DNA from: Oligoflexales bacterium
GTDB lineage: Bacteria; Bdellovibrionota_B; Oligoflexia; Oligoflexales; CAIYRB01
Assembly: GCA_041736175.1 (NCBI GenBank)
Contig: JBGSUI010000056.1
Location: forward strand, 94,347-158,346
Length of the DNA: 64,000 nt
Direction of reading: 5' to 3'
The translations under genes were made by a program, and so were the position numbers. Within the stretch, counting starts at the first letter, position 1. Every line of letters starts with the position of its first letter. Below the pieces are notes generated by a model. It saw nothing but the letters and a program-made list of their open reading frames with translations, ran no database searches and was not told the origin of the DNA. Positions 63,153 through 64,000 of the stretch are shown here, one piece after another.

Positions 63153-63722
63153 ATGAATCCAGTTCTATCATCGTGGTTGGTACGTGCTACAAAATGGCTG
63201 GTTCTGGTGTTAGGCATGGGTGGTACCACAGCCTTGGTCTTCGGACTACCCAACACTGCCCGGAAGACGAGGCCGCAAAAATCCATTTACTATATTCCAG
63301 ATCAGGAGTACGAGACCGAGTGTGCCGCATGCCATATCGCCTTTCTCCCTGGATTTCTCCCTGCTAGATCGTGGACCAAAATGATGAACGACCTGGAAAA
63401 TCATTTTGGCGAAAATGCCGCCTTAGACCCTGAACCCAAAGACCGGATTTTGAGGTACCTCATGGAAAACGGGACCGACAGCAAAAAATCAAGTCCAAGG
63501 TCCAAACGCATTGGCAAACTCATCCCAAAGGACGAAACTCCCCTACGCATCACCGAAACACCTTTTTGGGTGCGCCGCCACGGCTCCATCCGAGACTGGG
63601 TGTGGAAGCGTAAGGACGTGGCCAGCAAAGCCAAATGCGACTCCTGCCACCGGGAGGCTAAAACAGGTGTTTTTGAAGACCACAACGTTTCTGTCCCGAA
63701 GGACCAGTGGTGGGAATGGTAG
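63153..63722 (+). CDS. dhc: Diheme cytochrome c
   Basis: ECAACH.A..P..LPARSW..MM..L..HFG.NA.LD, PLRITET..W.R.H and CDSCH. Confidence 0.92.
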   Translation: MNPVLSSWLVRATKWLVLVLGMGGTTALVFGLPNTARKTRPQKSIYYIPDQEYETECAACHIAFLPGFLPARSWTKMMNDLENHFGENAALDPEPKDRILRYLMENGTDSKKSSPRSKRIGKLIPKDETPLRITETPFWVRRHGSIRDWVWKRKDVASKAKCDSCHREAKTGVFEDHNVSVPKDQWWEW

Positions 63723-63859
63723 TCCATATGTAAAGGACCGTGTATACCTTCCAGTTTAGCTCGAATCATTATTTTATATAACATAACGTATATATACTAT
63801 TTCCTTAAAATATTGACCACCATTTTCGTTTTGGTATTCTTCATGAAGTTGGAAGTTCT

Positions 63860-63890
63860 GGCTTCGACCACTCCGTCGGCCAAAAGTCAC
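63860..63890 (-). repeat. 31-bp dispersed repeat, copy 2
   Basis: GGCTTCGACCACTCCGTCGGCCAAAAGTCAC; overlaps the TGA stop of an incoming minus-strand ORF. Confidence 0.9.
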
Positions 63891-64000
63891 CCTTCGACGA
63901 CTTTCAGTCTCGGCGGAGACTTGGGGCGTCTTGGCATGTCGACACTTGCTAACACCGCCTCAAACAACGATTTTGGCTCAGTCCTGAAGAAGCGGCCCGC
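63887..64000 (-). CDS. 3' end of an unidentified gene running in from beyond the window
   Basis: Open frame AGRFFRTEPKSLFEAVLASVDMPRRPKSPPRLKVVEG-stop. Confidence 0.45.
   Translation of the reverse strand, partial: AGRFFRTEPKSLFEAVLASVDMPRRPKSPPRLKVVEG

Noticed and set aside
1..64000. CRISPR arrays, tRNA and rRNA genes
   Set aside because: No regularly spaced repeat-spacer series, cloverleaf or rRNA-like sequence was recognised by eye; tRNAscan and Infernal runs would be needed to exclude them fully.

Overview
Bacterial chromosomal window of about 50% GC. Gene content and style suggest Bdellovibrionota, probably Oligoflexia (inference). From left to right: the end of an exopolysaccharide cluster (beta-barrel, Wza-like, GT4, WecB/TagA); a transglutaminase-elicitor-like lipoprotein; a CHASE2-adenylate cyclase-PilZ protein; an oppDFABC peptide transporter; hutFG; a SulP + DabA + DabB inorganic-carbon uptake operon; a triheme FN3 cytochrome; a csbD/OmpA/LysR block; a secreted ferrochelatase-like protein; three pilin-like genes; a phage-tail-fibre-like adhesin; a GH5 hydrolase; an RRM protein; rsmI; a 6S RNA; an aminotransferase, pheS and pheT; and a cytochrome b/SHP/diheme cytochrome c operon. 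The most unusual stretch is about 57490-61850, directly behind pheT. It holds three internal pheT fragments from diverged alleles (mostly synonymous changes) interleaved with a GNAT pair, a 5'-truncated MqsR/MqsA-like module, and scraps of an SF2 helicase and HNH genes. Two of the pheT fragments are circularly permuted around a 21-bp palindromic site. No rRNA, tRNA, CRISPR array, integrase or reverse transcriptase was recognised. All product calls come from motif recognition by eye; no database searches were run.
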